Shown: in pieces, positions 53,442 to 62,953 of the stretch
Position numbering within the stretch: position 1 is the first letter of the stretch
How the letters are laid out: the number at the start of each line of letters is the position of its first letter
Source of the DNA: a bacterium
GTDB taxonomy: Bacteria > Zixibacteria > MSB-5A5 > GN15 > FEB-12
Direction: 5' to 3'
DNA length: 64,000 nt
Assembly (NCBI GenBank): GCA_016708025.1
Contig: JADJGQ010000001.1
Coordinates: 515,153 to 579,152 of the forward strand
Translations under genes and position numbers: made by a program
The notes under the pieces: generated by a model
What the model was told of the DNA's origin: nothing
Database searches by the model: none
What the model saw: the letters and a program-made list of their open reading frames with translations, nothing else

Positions 53442-55580
53442 ATGAGACAATCGCTTATGCGTCACGAACTTGATTCCATCTTTCGACCAAGCTCGGTTGC
53501 CGTGATTGGGGCTTCCACCCAAAAGGGAACGATTGGTCGCGAAACTTTGCATAATATCCTTTCTGCGGAGTTCAATGGAAAAGTCTTTCCGGTCAACCCA
53601 AAGGCTGGAGTAATTCACTCAATTAAGTCCTATTCGACCGTGCTGGATGTACCCGATGCTTTGGATCTGGCCATTGTGATTGTTCCAAAACCGGGAGTCA
53701 AGGATGTGGTGCGTCAGTGCGGCGAGAAGGGAGTAAAGGGATTAGTTGTTATTTCGGCTGGATTTTCTGAGACCGGTCCGGAAGGACGGGTCGCCGAGAT
53801 GGAACTGGTCGATATCTGCCACGAATACGGAATGCGGATGATTGGGCCAAATTGCTTTGGAGTGGTGAATACCGATCCGGAGATCAATCTGAATGCGACC
53901 TTCGGCAAGACCTTCCCTAAGATAGGCAACGTTGGGCATATCACCCAGTCAGGGGCGATGGGTGAAGCGATCATGAGCCAGGCAAAAGAACTGGGGATCG
54001 GTTTTTCGATGATCGCGTCGATCGGCAATAAGGCGGACATCTCAGTGAATGACATCCTGCTGTATATGAAAGATGATCCGCGGACAGATGTCATATTGCT
54101 CTACGTGGAGAATTTTGGTAATCCGCGCCACTTTACACAGATAGCACGCGAGATCTCGCGCATCAAACCGATCGTCGCGGTGAAGTCCGGGCGGACGAAA
54201 TTGGGAGCCAAGGCGGCCTCGTCGCACACCGGTGCACTGGCGGATGTAGATGTGGGCGTGGATGCATTGTTCGAGCAGACCGGCGTAATGCGTGTCGATA
54301 CGGTAGAAGAGTTGTTTGATGTTGCGGTGGCGCTGTCATCTCAGCCGATTCCGCGAGGGAATCGGGTGGTGGTGGTAACGAACGCCGGCGGGCCGGGGAT
54401 CCTGGCGACTGACGCACTGGTCAACAACGGCCTGGATATGCCCCAATTCTCAACGTCGACGATCAAAGAGTTGAAGAAGTTCAGTGCGGCGAATGCATCG
54501 TATGCAAATCCGATGGATATGGTAGCCGGCGCGCGAGGAAGAGAATTCCGTCTGACCTTAGAAGCGGTAGCCAAAGACGAGCGGTACGATACTATCGTGC
54601 CGATCTTTGTCCCGCCGGTCACGATCGACCAGATGGATGTAGCGGTCAATATCCATGCGGCGCTCGAGAAATCCAAGCGAACCGTGTTAAGTTGTTTTTT
54701 TGGAGCAGGTGAAGGTTCGCTGGCGATGCAGTACCTAAAGGAACACGGTATTCCGGTTTATATTTTCCCAGAGGCGATCGCCAAAACGCTTGGGACAATA
54801 GCTGGCTATCGCAAATGGCTTGACAAGCCGGTCGGCAAGGTCAAGTCATTCAAGGTTGACAGGGAGAAAGTCCAGAAGATCCTGGACAAGTCCCTCAAGG
54901 GCGAGGATGGAGCGATAGTTGGCGAGCAAGCAATCGAAATGCTTCACGCTTACGGAATACCTGCTGCGGGATACCGATTCGCCGGAAGTGCCAAAGAGGC
55001 TGCCGATGTCGCCGGGGAGATCGGGTATCCGGTCGTCATGAAAGTCAACACTCCGGCAATTCTGCACAAAACCGAATTGGGAGCAGTGATCGTTGATCTT
55101 CGGTCCGACAAAGAAGTGCGAAACGCCTTCCAGGAGTTACAACGTCGAGTCGGAAAACTGAAGAAAGGGGAGAAGTTCACTGTCGCGATGCAGAAGATGC
55201 TGCAAGGAGGCGTGGAAGTCGTGATCGGCATGACAACGGTACCGTCTTTCGGTCCGTTGATGATGTTTGGTCTTGGTGGCATTTATGTCGAAGTGATGAA
55301 GGATGTCGCATTCCGGGTCCATCCGTTGACCGATGAGAACGCAAAGGAGATGATCCAGTCACTCAAGTCCTACCCGTTGCTGACCGGATTCCGCGGGGCA
55401 GAGCCGGTTGATATTGGCCTGATCGAGGAAACATTGCTTCGGCTGTCCCAACTGGTCAAGGATTTTGACGTCATTTCCGAAATTGACATCAACCCATTCA
55501 TCTGCTCGTCCGAGCGCAATAGCTGTAAGGCGGTGGATGCACGGTTCATCATTAAGCAGGCTCCCCTTCGACACAAATAG
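53442..55580 (+). CDS. Acetate--CoA ligase (ADP-forming) / NDP-forming acyl-CoA synthetase, fused alpha-beta form
   Basis: LDSIFRPSSVAVIGAS CoA-binding start. The phospho-His loop region is GHITQSGAMG, and ASSHTGALA is present. The C-terminal ATP-grasp has AKEAADVAGEIGYPVVMKV. Alternative upstream starts are 53304 and 53355. Confidence 0.85.
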   Translation: MRQSLMRHELDSIFRPSSVAVIGASTQKGTIGRETLHNILSAEFNGKVFPVNPKAGVIHSIKSYSTVLDVPDALDLAIVIVPKPGVKDVVRQCGEKGVKGLVVISAGFSETGPEGRVAEMELVDICHEYGMRMIGPNCFGVVNTDPEINLNATFGKTFPKIGNVGHITQSGAMGEAIMSQAKELGIGFSMIASIGNKADISVNDILLYMKDDPRTDVILLYVENFGNPRHFTQIAREISRIKPIVAVKSGRTKLGAKAASSHTGALADVDVGVDALFEQTGVMRVDTVEELFDVAVALSSQPIPRGNRVVVVTNAGGPGILATDALVNNGLDMPQFSTSTIKELKKFSAANASYANPMDMVAGARGREFRLTLEAVAKDERYDTIVPIFVPPVTIDQMDVAVNIHAALEKSKRTVLSCFFGAGEGSLAMQYLKEHGIPVYIFPEAIAKTLGTIAGYRKWLDKPVGKVKSFKVDREKVQKILDKSLKGEDGAIVGEQAIEMLHAYGIPAAGYRFAGSAKEAADVAGEIGYPVVMKVNTPAILHKTELGAVIVDLRSDKEVRNAFQELQRRVGKLKKGEKFTVAMQKMLQGGVEVVIGMTTVPSFGPLMMFGLGGIYVEVMKDVAFRVHPLTDENAKEMIQSLKSYPLLTGFRGAEPVDIGLIEETLLRLSQLVKDFDVISEIDINPFICSSERNSCKAVDARFIIKQAPLRHK

Positions 55581-55611
55581 CTTGAGCCGATAGACGCCTG
55601 AGTATATCTTT

Positions 55612-55647
55612 CAGAGCCGGTCCAGCAGACCGGCTCTGACTGTTTCT
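55612..55647 (+). terminator. Rho-independent terminator after the acyl-CoA synthetase gene
   Basis: Perfect 11-bp stem CAGAGCCGGTC (55612-55622) / GACCGGCTCTG (55628-55638) with loop CAGCA, followed by ACTGTTTCT. Confidence 0.6.
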
Positions 55648-55657
55648 GGAGGTTTCG

Positions 55658-56272
55658 GTGAGATACGAAATTCGGTCGATTGGGATCTGGGGACTGATCA
55701 AGGTTGGATTCTTTCTCAACCTTTTGATCGGTTTTCTCTTTGGAATCTTTTCGTCGCTTATCTTCATACCCATCGCCCGGGCAATCCTGGCCATGTCCGG
55801 AGCCGGCGACATGGGAGCCGACGAAGGCTCGTCTGTCGGCATGTTATTACTCCTACCGATCCTGCTGGCAATCCTCGGGGCTTTTTTCAATACGCTGTTC
55901 ATGGTGCTGATCGCGGCCTGCTACAACCTGGTAGCGCGAGTTGTCGGCGGTTTGGAGTTTGAATTCAATGCGATGCCGTCGGATTCATTCCTGAAAGTGT
56001 CACCGGTGACCTCCGCTGGTCCGGTTGTCGATCAGGTATCCGGGATCGCGCCGGTCAGCATGGTGGCAGTGCCACCCCCGCCACCATTCCGACCAGAACC
56101 GGTTGTTCCGACCGAAGAACCGATCGAGGTGATCCAGTCGCAAGAGTTTGTTCTGCCGGATGAGTTGCCGGTGAAGATCAGTCAGGCCGATCAGGTTGCA
56201 CCAGATACCTCGCCGGTCATCGAACCGCATACCGAACCTGACGAGGATGGCCCTCGCCGGGATAATCCGTAG
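55658..56272 (+). CDS. Hypothetical membrane protein with a Pro-rich acidic C-terminal tail (DUF3566-like layout)
   Basis: GGAGG lies 5 nt before GTG 55658. MRYEIRSIGIWGLIKVGFFLNLLIGFLFG and two further TM helices are followed by a soluble PPPPPFRPEPVVPTEEP tail. Confidence 0.5.
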   Translation: MRYEIRSIGIWGLIKVGFFLNLLIGFLFGIFSSLIFIPIARAILAMSGAGDMGADEGSSVGMLLLLPILLAILGAFFNTLFMVLIAACYNLVARVVGGLEFEFNAMPSDSFLKVSPVTSAGPVVDQVSGIAPVSMVAVPPPPPFRPEPVVPTEEPIEVIQSQEFVLPDELPVKISQADQVAPDTSPVIEPHTEPDEDGPRRDNP

Positions 56273-56476
56273 CCTGTACTGCTGAGATGTCCGCGAATTC
56301 AGTCGTTACCCGCTCAGCTCTTTCAACTACCTGTTTTTCCGAAAGCAGGGCGGAAAATTGTGCGTCGATGGCCCAGTGACCATTTTGTACGAACCGACTC
56401 ACATGCACAAGGCAAAACATGGGGAAGTTTCGCGATTCAACACACGACTTTATTCCCGGAGTAAACCAGGCATACA

Positions 56477-57196
56477 ATGACGCAAGCATTTGGTGACTGT
56501 GATCTGGCGGCTTTCCAGAGTGAGGGGATACTTCCGGAAGCGATGTTCGATTATCTCTGCTCTTTGGGTGGGGCACATGCTAACGATCAGGAGCCATTCA
56601 CCAGGCAGGGATTGATAGATAAGTTTGATGAAGCGAGACACGATCCTGCCTTCGCGGTGATGGATGAAGAGAAACTGCTTTCACTCAACAGGGCGCATAT
56701 TCTGCAAAAGTCTGATCATGACCTGGCAGTGTTGGTAGCGCCGTTGCTGGTAGATTCCGGACTAACGTCCAAGTACTGGCTGGAAACGAGGTGGGAGTAT
56801 CTTCGGGCTGTGATGCGGTTATTGCGCGGGGAGGTAAGCCGATTGACTGATTTTGTAGAGATGGGGGGCTACTTCTTCTTTTTTGCCTGCAAGTATGACC
56901 AGAAAGCGGAAGCGGAGCTCTTCACTCCCGAGGCGGCTGGTCTTTTGGCAGCCGTGGCAGAGCGACTAGCTGTACTACCCCAATTCACGGATGAATCGGT
57001 CGAACAGACTGTTGTCGTCCTGGCAGGAGAGCGGGGGGTGCAGATGGCGGAGATGGCCGAATTGACCCGGCTGGCTGTTTCGGGGAGCCTCAAAGGTCCG
57101 GGGTTCTCCAGTTTACTGGTTACGCTGTCGCAACCCATTGTGGTTGAACGGGTGAAAAAAGCTGTTGACTATATACGGACTAAGCACAAACTTTAG
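56477..57196 (+). CDS. Glutamyl-tRNA synthetase C-terminal (anticodon-binding) domain only; remnant or stand-alone paralogue
   Basis: FQSEGILPEAMFDYLCSLGG aligns to the GluRS segment YRDDGYLPEALLNYLxxLGW, and the remainder follows the helical anticodon-binding domain. No HIGH or KMSKS region is present. An in-frame stop lies 12 nt upstream of the ATG. Confidence 0.6.
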   Translation: MTQAFGDCDLAAFQSEGILPEAMFDYLCSLGGAHANDQEPFTRQGLIDKFDEARHDPAFAVMDEEKLLSLNRAHILQKSDHDLAVLVAPLLVDSGLTSKYWLETRWEYLRAVMRLLRGEVSRLTDFVEMGGYFFFFACKYDQKAEAELFTPEAAGLLAAVAERLAVLPQFTDESVEQTVVVLAGERGVQMAEMAELTRLAVSGSLKGPGFSSLLVTLSQPIVVERVKKAVDYIRTKHKL

Positions 57197-57225
57197 CCGA
57201 GTTAACGATTTAGCACCGGGAAGTT

Positions 57226-57723
57226 ATGACGACAAAAAGCCACATCGCAGAGATTCTCAAAAAAGCCATCAAAGGCGAAGAAGACGGCTACTATTTCTAT
57301 AACCTGTTGGCCGAGAAGGCGAAGAACGCCGATGCCCGTCGCAAGCTCGAAGGGCTGCGCGATGACGAAATACGCCACAAAGAGACACTCGTCGAGATCT
57401 TTGCCAAGTATGTTGGTGGTGAAATTGGACCACTTCCCGACAAAGGAATAAATGCCCTGGCAGAGGTGTTCCGCAAAGGGCATGTTCTTGAGCGCCACTC
57501 CGAGATGGAGTTCATTTCCCTGGCGATCGAGGCGGAACTTGCAGCCACCAAGTATTATCGGGAAGAGCGGGATCTGGTGGATGATCCGGCTTTCCGAAAG
57601 ATATTCGATGATCTGGCAGAAGAAGAGCACCATCATTTTGAGTTACTCCAGGCGGAGAAAGATGCGTTGGCCGGCAACTACAGTTGGTTTGGCTACGACG
57701 ACGGCGCTCCGCTCGAAGACTGA
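57226..57723 (+). CDS. Ferritin-like diiron protein (rubrerythrin four-helix-bundle domain only)
   Basis: Two E...ExxH pairs (EEDGYYFY...RDDEIRH and IEAELAA...AEEEHHH), typical of the rubrerythrin/erythrin diiron site. No rubredoxin-like C-terminus. Confidence 0.75.
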   Translation: MTTKSHIAEILKKAIKGEEDGYYFYNLLAEKAKNADARRKLEGLRDDEIRHKETLVEIFAKYVGGEIGPLPDKGINALAEVFRKGHVLERHSEMEFISLAIEAELAATKYYREERDLVDDPAFRKIFDDLAEEEHHHFELLQAEKDALAGNYSWFGYDDGAPLED

Positions 57724-57765
57724 TCGATAAACGTGACAACTGACGATAGCAGGAGTTGAGCAACG

Positions 57766-57960
57766 ATGCAGTGGGTGTGCGATATCTGCGGTTACGTACA
57801 CGATGAGGAAGAACCACCGGAAGGCTGCCCGGTCTGCGGTGCGCCGAAAAGTAAGTTCTCCGAATGGTCCGAAGAAGACGAGTTGATGGGCGACGGAGAA
57901 GACTTCCTCGAAGAGGATGACGACGATATCATGGGGAACAACGACGACGACCGATACTGA
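57766..57960 (+). CDS. Rubredoxin-like Fe(Cys)4 mini-protein with an acidic tail
   Basis: AGGAG lies 9 nt upstream. [10 protein letters not shown]...[11 protein letters not shown] gives two CxxCG knuckles. About 30 mostly Asp/Glu residues follow. Confidence 0.75.
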   Translation: MQWVCDICGYVHDEEEPPEGCPVCGAPKSKFSEWSEEDELMGDGEDFLEEDDDDIMGNNDDDRY

Positions 57961-58002
57961 CGGTCGACCGGCCCAGGAGCGAAAACGACGAAGCAATCGG
58001 AC

Positions 58003-58476
58003 GTGGCAACAGACAAACTGAAGGTTGGAGATCTCGCGCCTGACTTCACTCTGCCGACTCACAATGAGGGAGAGTTAAATCTCGCATGGTATCGTGGCCG
58101 GAAGAATGTGGTGCTTGCTTTTTATCCGGGCGATTGGACTCCGGTCTGCGCGGCCCAGATCCCATCGTATCAGATCATTCAGGACGAGTTCGAAAGGTAC
58201 AACACGCAGCTTTTGGCGATATCGGTCGATTCGATCCCCTCACACATCGCCTGGGCAAAAGAGCACGGCGGATTCTCGTTTCCGCTGATGTCTGACTACT
58301 TCCCGCATGGGAGAGTAGCTGAGCTTTATGGCGTCCTGAGCCGTCGCGGGTACGCGGAACGGTCAATTTTCCTTATCGACAAACAGGGGATCATACGATT
58401 CATCGAGCAGGTCCCGCCTGCCGAGATCCCGGACAATAACGAGCTCTTCAAAGCGATTGCCGGTCTTGAACGATAA
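58003..58476 (+). CDS. Peroxiredoxin (AhpC/TSA-Bcp type)
   Basis: [17 protein letters not shown] carries the peroxidatic Cys motif. [12 protein letters not shown] is also present. GTG start. Confidence 0.85.
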   Translation: MATDKLKVGDLAPDFTLPTHNEGELNLAWYRGRKNVVLAFYPGDWTPVCAAQIPSYQIIQDEFERYNTQLLAISVDSIPSHIAWAKEHGGFSFPLMSDYFPHGRVAELYGVLSRRGYAERSIFLIDKQGIIRFIEQVPPAEIPDNNELFKAIAGLER

Positions 58477-58590
58477 GCGGTCATTCCTTTCGGCCGCCAG
58501 AGCGACACTTCCGCCGGTCCGTTCGGGAAGCGGCATTTCCCGCCTAACTTTCGGGCACTCAACAGCCTGTTACGCGTTACAGAGTTTCGT

Positions 58591-59676
58591 ATGACGAATT
58601 TCAGTACAGATCCCTGCGACCGTCCTGATCTCCATGACATCACTTTCATCGGGGCGGGCCCGGTTGCGCTCTACGGCATGTACTACGCCGGACTTCGGAT
58701 GACCAAGTTCAAGGCGATCGATATGCTTGAAGAGATCGGTGGAGGGCTTATGGCGCTCTATCCCGAGAAGTATATTTTTGATGTTGCCGGTTTCCCCAAA
58801 GTGATGGCGAAGGATCTCAACAGGCAACTAAAAGAGCAGGCATTCCAATACCCGCACACGCTCTGTCTGGGAGAGAAAGTAATCGGACTGGAGCGGGATG
58901 CTCACGGGATCATTCATTTGATCACCGATAAGGGAGAGCACTTCTCCCGCTCGGTCGTGATCTGTGCCGGATTGGGGGCGTATGTACCGAAGAAGCTGGA
59001 TATCCCCGATGTCGAGCGACTCGAAGGATCGGGTATCTACTATTTCGTGCGACGAATCAACGACTTTAGAGACAAGAATGTATTGATCGTCGGGGGCGGC
59101 GACTCGGCTTTTGATTATTCCATGATGCTTGAGCCGGTGGCTCGATCGATCACGCATATCCATCGAAATGATTTTTTTGCCGCGCACGAGGATTCAGTCC
59201 GCAAGGTTATGAATTCAACTGTCCGCATGAAATTCCCTTTCTGGGAAGTGCAGAAGATAGAGGGCGAAGACTGGGTCCGGCGAGTGACTCTGGTGCAATC
59301 GCGCACGGGCGAGGAAGAGGTTCTGGATATTGACGCGATCGTGTTTAATATCGGCTTCCTGACCAACCTTGGGCCGATCGAGGACTGGGGACTCGAACTG
59401 GAGCACAATGCCATCAAGGTTGACAGCCGGATGCGTACCAATATTGAGGGAATATTCGCGGCCGGCGATATCGTTACCTACGAGGGGAAGTTGAAGCTGA
59501 TCTCGACCGGGTGCGGCGAAGTGGCAATTGCGGTCAATAACGCCAAAAACTATATCGATCCGAAGGCGAAAGTCAGTCCGGGTCACTCGACCGACAAGCA
59601 TGAACTTGCCCAGAAGAAGTGGGCACGGTTGCAGTCTCAGGAACGGGCCAAAGAGCAAGCGGAGAAGAACGAGTAG
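58591..59676 (+). CDS. Thioredoxin-reductase-like ferredoxin/flavodoxin--NADP+ reductase (YumC-type)
   Basis: ITFIGAGPVALYGMYYAG FAD fold, VLIVGGGDSAFDY NADPH fold and FAAGDIVTY. The charged C-terminal extension is HELAQKKWARLQSQERAKEQAEKNE. Confidence 0.8.
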   Translation: MTNFSTDPCDRPDLHDITFIGAGPVALYGMYYAGLRMTKFKAIDMLEEIGGGLMALYPEKYIFDVAGFPKVMAKDLNRQLKEQAFQYPHTLCLGEKVIGLERDAHGIIHLITDKGEHFSRSVVICAGLGAYVPKKLDIPDVERLEGSGIYYFVRRINDFRDKNVLIVGGGDSAFDYSMMLEPVARSITHIHRNDFFAAHEDSVRKVMNSTVRMKFPFWEVQKIEGEDWVRRVTLVQSRTGEEEVLDIDAIVFNIGFLTNLGPIEDWGLELEHNAIKVDSRMRTNIEGIFAAGDIVTYEGKLKLISTGCGEVAIAVNNAKNYIDPKAKVSPGHSTDKHELAQKKWARLQSQERAKEQAEKNE

Positions 59677-59677
59677 T

Positions 59678-60758
59678 CATGTTTTTCGCATTGCCAAAAG
59701 AATATCGCGAAGCAACGGCCGACGACCTGCGCGGACGGATCAGAGAGGCGCGTGTGCGCCTGGGCAAAAAGCTCGTGATCCTGGTACATCATTACCAGCG
59801 GCTCGAGGTGGTCGAGTTCGCCGATCATATCGGCGATAGCTACGGTCTTTCCAAGATAGCCGCGCGCCAGCAGGATGCAGACACGATCGTTTTCTGTGGC
59901 GTGCACTTCATGGCAGAGTCCGCTGATATCCTGACCGGCGACAATCAGAATGTTTACCTGCCAAACCCACTCGCTGGATGCCCGATGGCTGATATGGCTG
60001 AGATGGCGGATGTGCTGGCGGCGTGGGAATACTTGAAGCCGTTTGGCGGTGAACAAAAGATCATGCCGATTTCCTATATGAATACCGCGGCTGGGCTGAA
60101 AGCCTTTACCGGTCGTAATGGCGGGCTGATCTGTACTTCGTCGAACGCCAAAGCGGCCCTTCAGTACGCCCTTGATAAGAGGGAGAAGGTGTTCTTTTTC
60201 CCCGATGAACATCTCGGCCACAACACCGGTGTGGCCTATGGCTTGAAACCCGAAGAGATGGTGATCTGGGATTTCTCGCGTGACGATGGTGGCTTGGCGG
60301 CCGAGCAGATTGAAAGGGCCAAGATCATTCTCTGGAAAGGGCACTGCCATGTCCACACCAATTTCAAACCAGAGCATGTTTACGACATACGGACCCGCTA
60401 TCCTGAAGCGAAGGTGATTGTGCACCCTGAGTGCCCGAATGAGGTGGTGCGACTGGCCGATGCTTCGGGATCGACGAGCTTCATCGTCGATTTCTGTGAG
60501 AAAGCGCCAAGTGGGTCTGTCATTGCGATCGGGACGGAGATCAATCTGGTTAATCGGATGGCGCATACCTATCCTGACAAAAAGATCTTTGAGCTTTCAG
60601 GGAATACTTGCCCGGTCTGTGCCAATATGTACCGGACGACCCTGAATGACCTGGCATATACGCTCGAGCACTATTCTGATATTAAGCCGATAACTGTCCC
60701 TGAGCCGACCAAGGGCGAGGCCAGGCTGGCACTGGAAAAAATGCTTGAAATTAGCTGA
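59678..60758 (+). CDS. nadA: Quinolinate synthase
   Basis: LVILVHHYQRLEVVEFADHIGDS, VFCGVHFMAESA, AGCPMA, ICTSSNA, GHCHVH and VIVHPECP match the NadA repeat architecture and its Fe-S cysteines. ATG 59678 lies 1 nt after the upstream stop. Confidence 0.9.
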
Positions 60759-60781
60759 CATGGCCGTATTTTGCCACCCAG

Positions 60782-60806
60782 AGCGACCAAACTGGTCGCT
60801 GTTTTC
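60782..60806 (+). terminator. Possible terminator after nadA
   Basis: 7-bp stem AGCGACC / GGTCGCT with loop AAACT, followed by GTTTT. Confidence 0.4.
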
Positions 60807-60854
60807 ACATGCTACGGTTCGAATTTTAGTTTAACGCGATAGAGGAAACGCTAT

Positions 60855-62210
60855 ATGGCACAAGATGTTCTGGTCCCACAGATGGGAGAGTCGGTTCTCG
60901 AAGGGACCATCCTGCAGTGGAAAGTCAAGATCGGCGACCGGGTGGAAATCAACCAGCCGCTCGTGGAATTGATGACTGACAAGGTCAATGTTGAGATTCC
61001 TGCCGAAACGGCCGGCATCCTGACCGCGCAGTTTGTGAAGGAAGGGGATGTAGTCCCGGTCGGCTCCAGAATTGCCACTATTGATGATGGTAAAGGCGCC
61101 GCGGTCTCCACAGGACGTCCTGCCCAGGCTGATACACCAGTGCCGGCAGCCTCTGTCGCTATGGCCGCTGCTCCGGTTGCGGCTCCTCCTGTCAAAGCTA
61201 CTGGCGAGGTTGGCAAAGGGATGATGTCCCCCAAAGTTCGGATGCTTATCCGTGAATACGGCGTTGACCCGTTGACGATCATTCCGACGGGGAAAGAGGG
61301 GCGTGTGACGGTCGAAGATGTCATGCGTGCCGTCGAGCAGCGCTCCGGTTCACAGGGATTTACCGCCGCTCCGATACCGTCGCCGGTTCAACCGGTTCAG
61401 GCAGTGAGCTATGCCGCGCCGACTGCCGCCGCCGCATCCGCTCCGGCCGCATCGAAAGAGCCGAAAGTCAAAGTGCAGATCCCGGTCTTTGCTCCGCTTC
61501 CCGAAGCGCAGCGGACCACCCGTACACCACTGATCGGCGCGCGCAAGTTGATAGCCGAGCATATGGTGAAGTCGAAGCAGACATCTCCCCATGTGACGAC
61601 CTTTGAAGATATCGACATGACCGAACTGGTCAAATTCCGCAATGCGATCAAGAAGGATTTTCGCGAGACCTACGGCGCTAATATCACGTTCATGCCGTTT
61701 ATCGTGAAGGCCTGCTGTATCGGATTGAAGGAGTTCCCGACGATCAATGCGTCGCTCACCGAAAAAGAGATCATCGTCAAGAACTACTTCAATATCGGGA
61801 TCGCAGTCGCTCGTGACGAGGGGTTGATCGTACCGGTCATCAAGGATGCCGACAAGAAGTCAATCGTTGAGATCGCCGTCGAGATAAACTCTCTGGGTGA
61901 AAAGGCACGGACCAACCGTCTGAAACCGGATGATGTTGCCGATGGCACCTTCTCAGTCACCAATGCCGGAATGTTCGGAGCGACGGCTTCGACACCGATC
62001 ATTGCCCAGCCGCAGGTCGCGATCCTGGGGATCCATATGATCAGCAAGCGTCCATGGGTGGTGAACGATCAGATCGTGATCCGCGACATTTCGTCCTTCG
62101 GCATGTCGTTCGATCACCGATTGATCGATGGCCACACCGCGGTGCAGTTCCTGCATCGAGTCCATGGATTCCTGGCTGATCCGACCTCATTGCTGGTACA
62201 TTTGCGTTGA
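60855..62210 (+). CDS. 2-oxoacid dehydrogenase E2 component (dihydrolipoamide acyltransferase)
   Basis: Lipoyl domain with LVELMTDKVNVEIPA. Ala/Pro linker. Peripheral-subunit-binding domain (SPKVRMLIREYGVDP). The catalytic domain ends with MSFDHRLIDGHTAVQFL. Confidence 0.9.
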   Translation: MAQDVLVPQMGESVLEGTILQWKVKIGDRVEINQPLVELMTDKVNVEIPAETAGILTAQFVKEGDVVPVGSRIATIDDGKGAAVSTGRPAQADTPVPAASVAMAAAPVAAPPVKATGEVGKGMMSPKVRMLIREYGVDPLTIIPTGKEGRVTVEDVMRAVEQRSGSQGFTAAPIPSPVQPVQAVSYAAPTAAAASAPAASKEPKVKVQIPVFAPLPEAQRTTRTPLIGARKLIAEHMVKSKQTSPHVTTFEDIDMTELVKFRNAIKKDFRETYGANITFMPFIVKACCIGLKEFPTINASLTEKEIIVKNYFNIGIAVARDEGLIVPVIKDADKKSIVEIAVEINSLGEKARTNRLKPDDVADGTFSVTNAGMFGATASTPIIAQPQVAILGIHMISKRPWVVNDQIVIRDISSFGMSFDHRLIDGHTAVQFLHRVHGFLADPTSLLVHLR

Positions 62211-62914
62211 TGGTCACAGTCGCACAGGATAAAATGCTCGGCTGGGTATTACAGGCCGGGACGATCGACTATGAACGTGCGCTGGAATGGCAGCATGGAT
62301 TGGTGAAAATGCGCCAGCAAGGGCTGGCGCGCGACACCCTGATGCTGCTTGAGCATCCTCCGGTCATAACGGTCGGGCGAGATGGTCACGATGCGAATTT
62401 CAAGGATTCCAATATTACGCCCTATTTCATCGAACGTGGCGGCGATGTCACTTTCCACGGTCCGGGACAACTCGTGGTTTATTTCGTTTTCAACCTGACC
62501 CGGCGGGGGAGAGACCTGCATAAGTTCATGGATGATGTCCAGGAGGGGATCATTCGGGCGTTGGCGGAATACGGGATCAAGGCCGAACGCGGAGTAGAGA
62601 ATACCGGTGTTTGGGTCGGCAAAAAGAAAATAGCATCAATCGGGATCGCGGTCAAACACTGGATCACGTACCATGGGGCCGCGATCAATCTCAATACCAA
62701 GCTGACAGAATTCAACAAGATCAATCCGTGTGGGCTGAATGCCAAAGTGATGACATCGGCCAAGCGGCTTCTCAAGAAGCCGGTGGAGATGGAGCAGTTT
62801 CGTCGTGTCCTGCTGGACAAGTACGGCGAAGTGTTCGGCACCGATTTCTCTCCCATCGATCTGGAATCGTTGGCCGAGGAACTGGAAAGCCAATCCGGCG
62901 GATACGAGATCTAG
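62210..62914 (+). CDS. lipB: Lipoyl(octanoyl) transferase
   Basis: LLEHPPVITVGR, RGGDVTFHGPGQLVVY, KKIASIGIAV and NPCGL motifs are present. The start overlaps the E2 stop. Confidence 0.9.
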   Translation: MVTVAQDKMLGWVLQAGTIDYERALEWQHGLVKMRQQGLARDTLMLLEHPPVITVGRDGHDANFKDSNITPYFIERGGDVTFHGPGQLVVYFVFNLTRRGRDLHKFMDDVQEGIIRALAEYGIKAERGVENTGVWVGKKKIASIGIAVKHWITYHGAAINLNTKLTEFNKINPCGLNAKVMTSAKRLLKKPVEMEQFRRVLLDKYGEVFGTDFSPIDLESLAEELESQSGGYEI

Positions 62915-62953
62915 GCTGCTCAGGTTGAGCGGCTCCTGACCAGGAGGGATTCC

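Noticed and set aside
59637-60566. 309-aa minus-strand ORF opposite nadA. Similar antisense ORFs occur at 29028-29774 (opposite the tonB-like gene), 32001-32795 and 33514-34261.
   Set aside because: In each case the opposite strand encodes a protein with clear family motifs. The antisense products are compositionally biased and lack starts with an SD.
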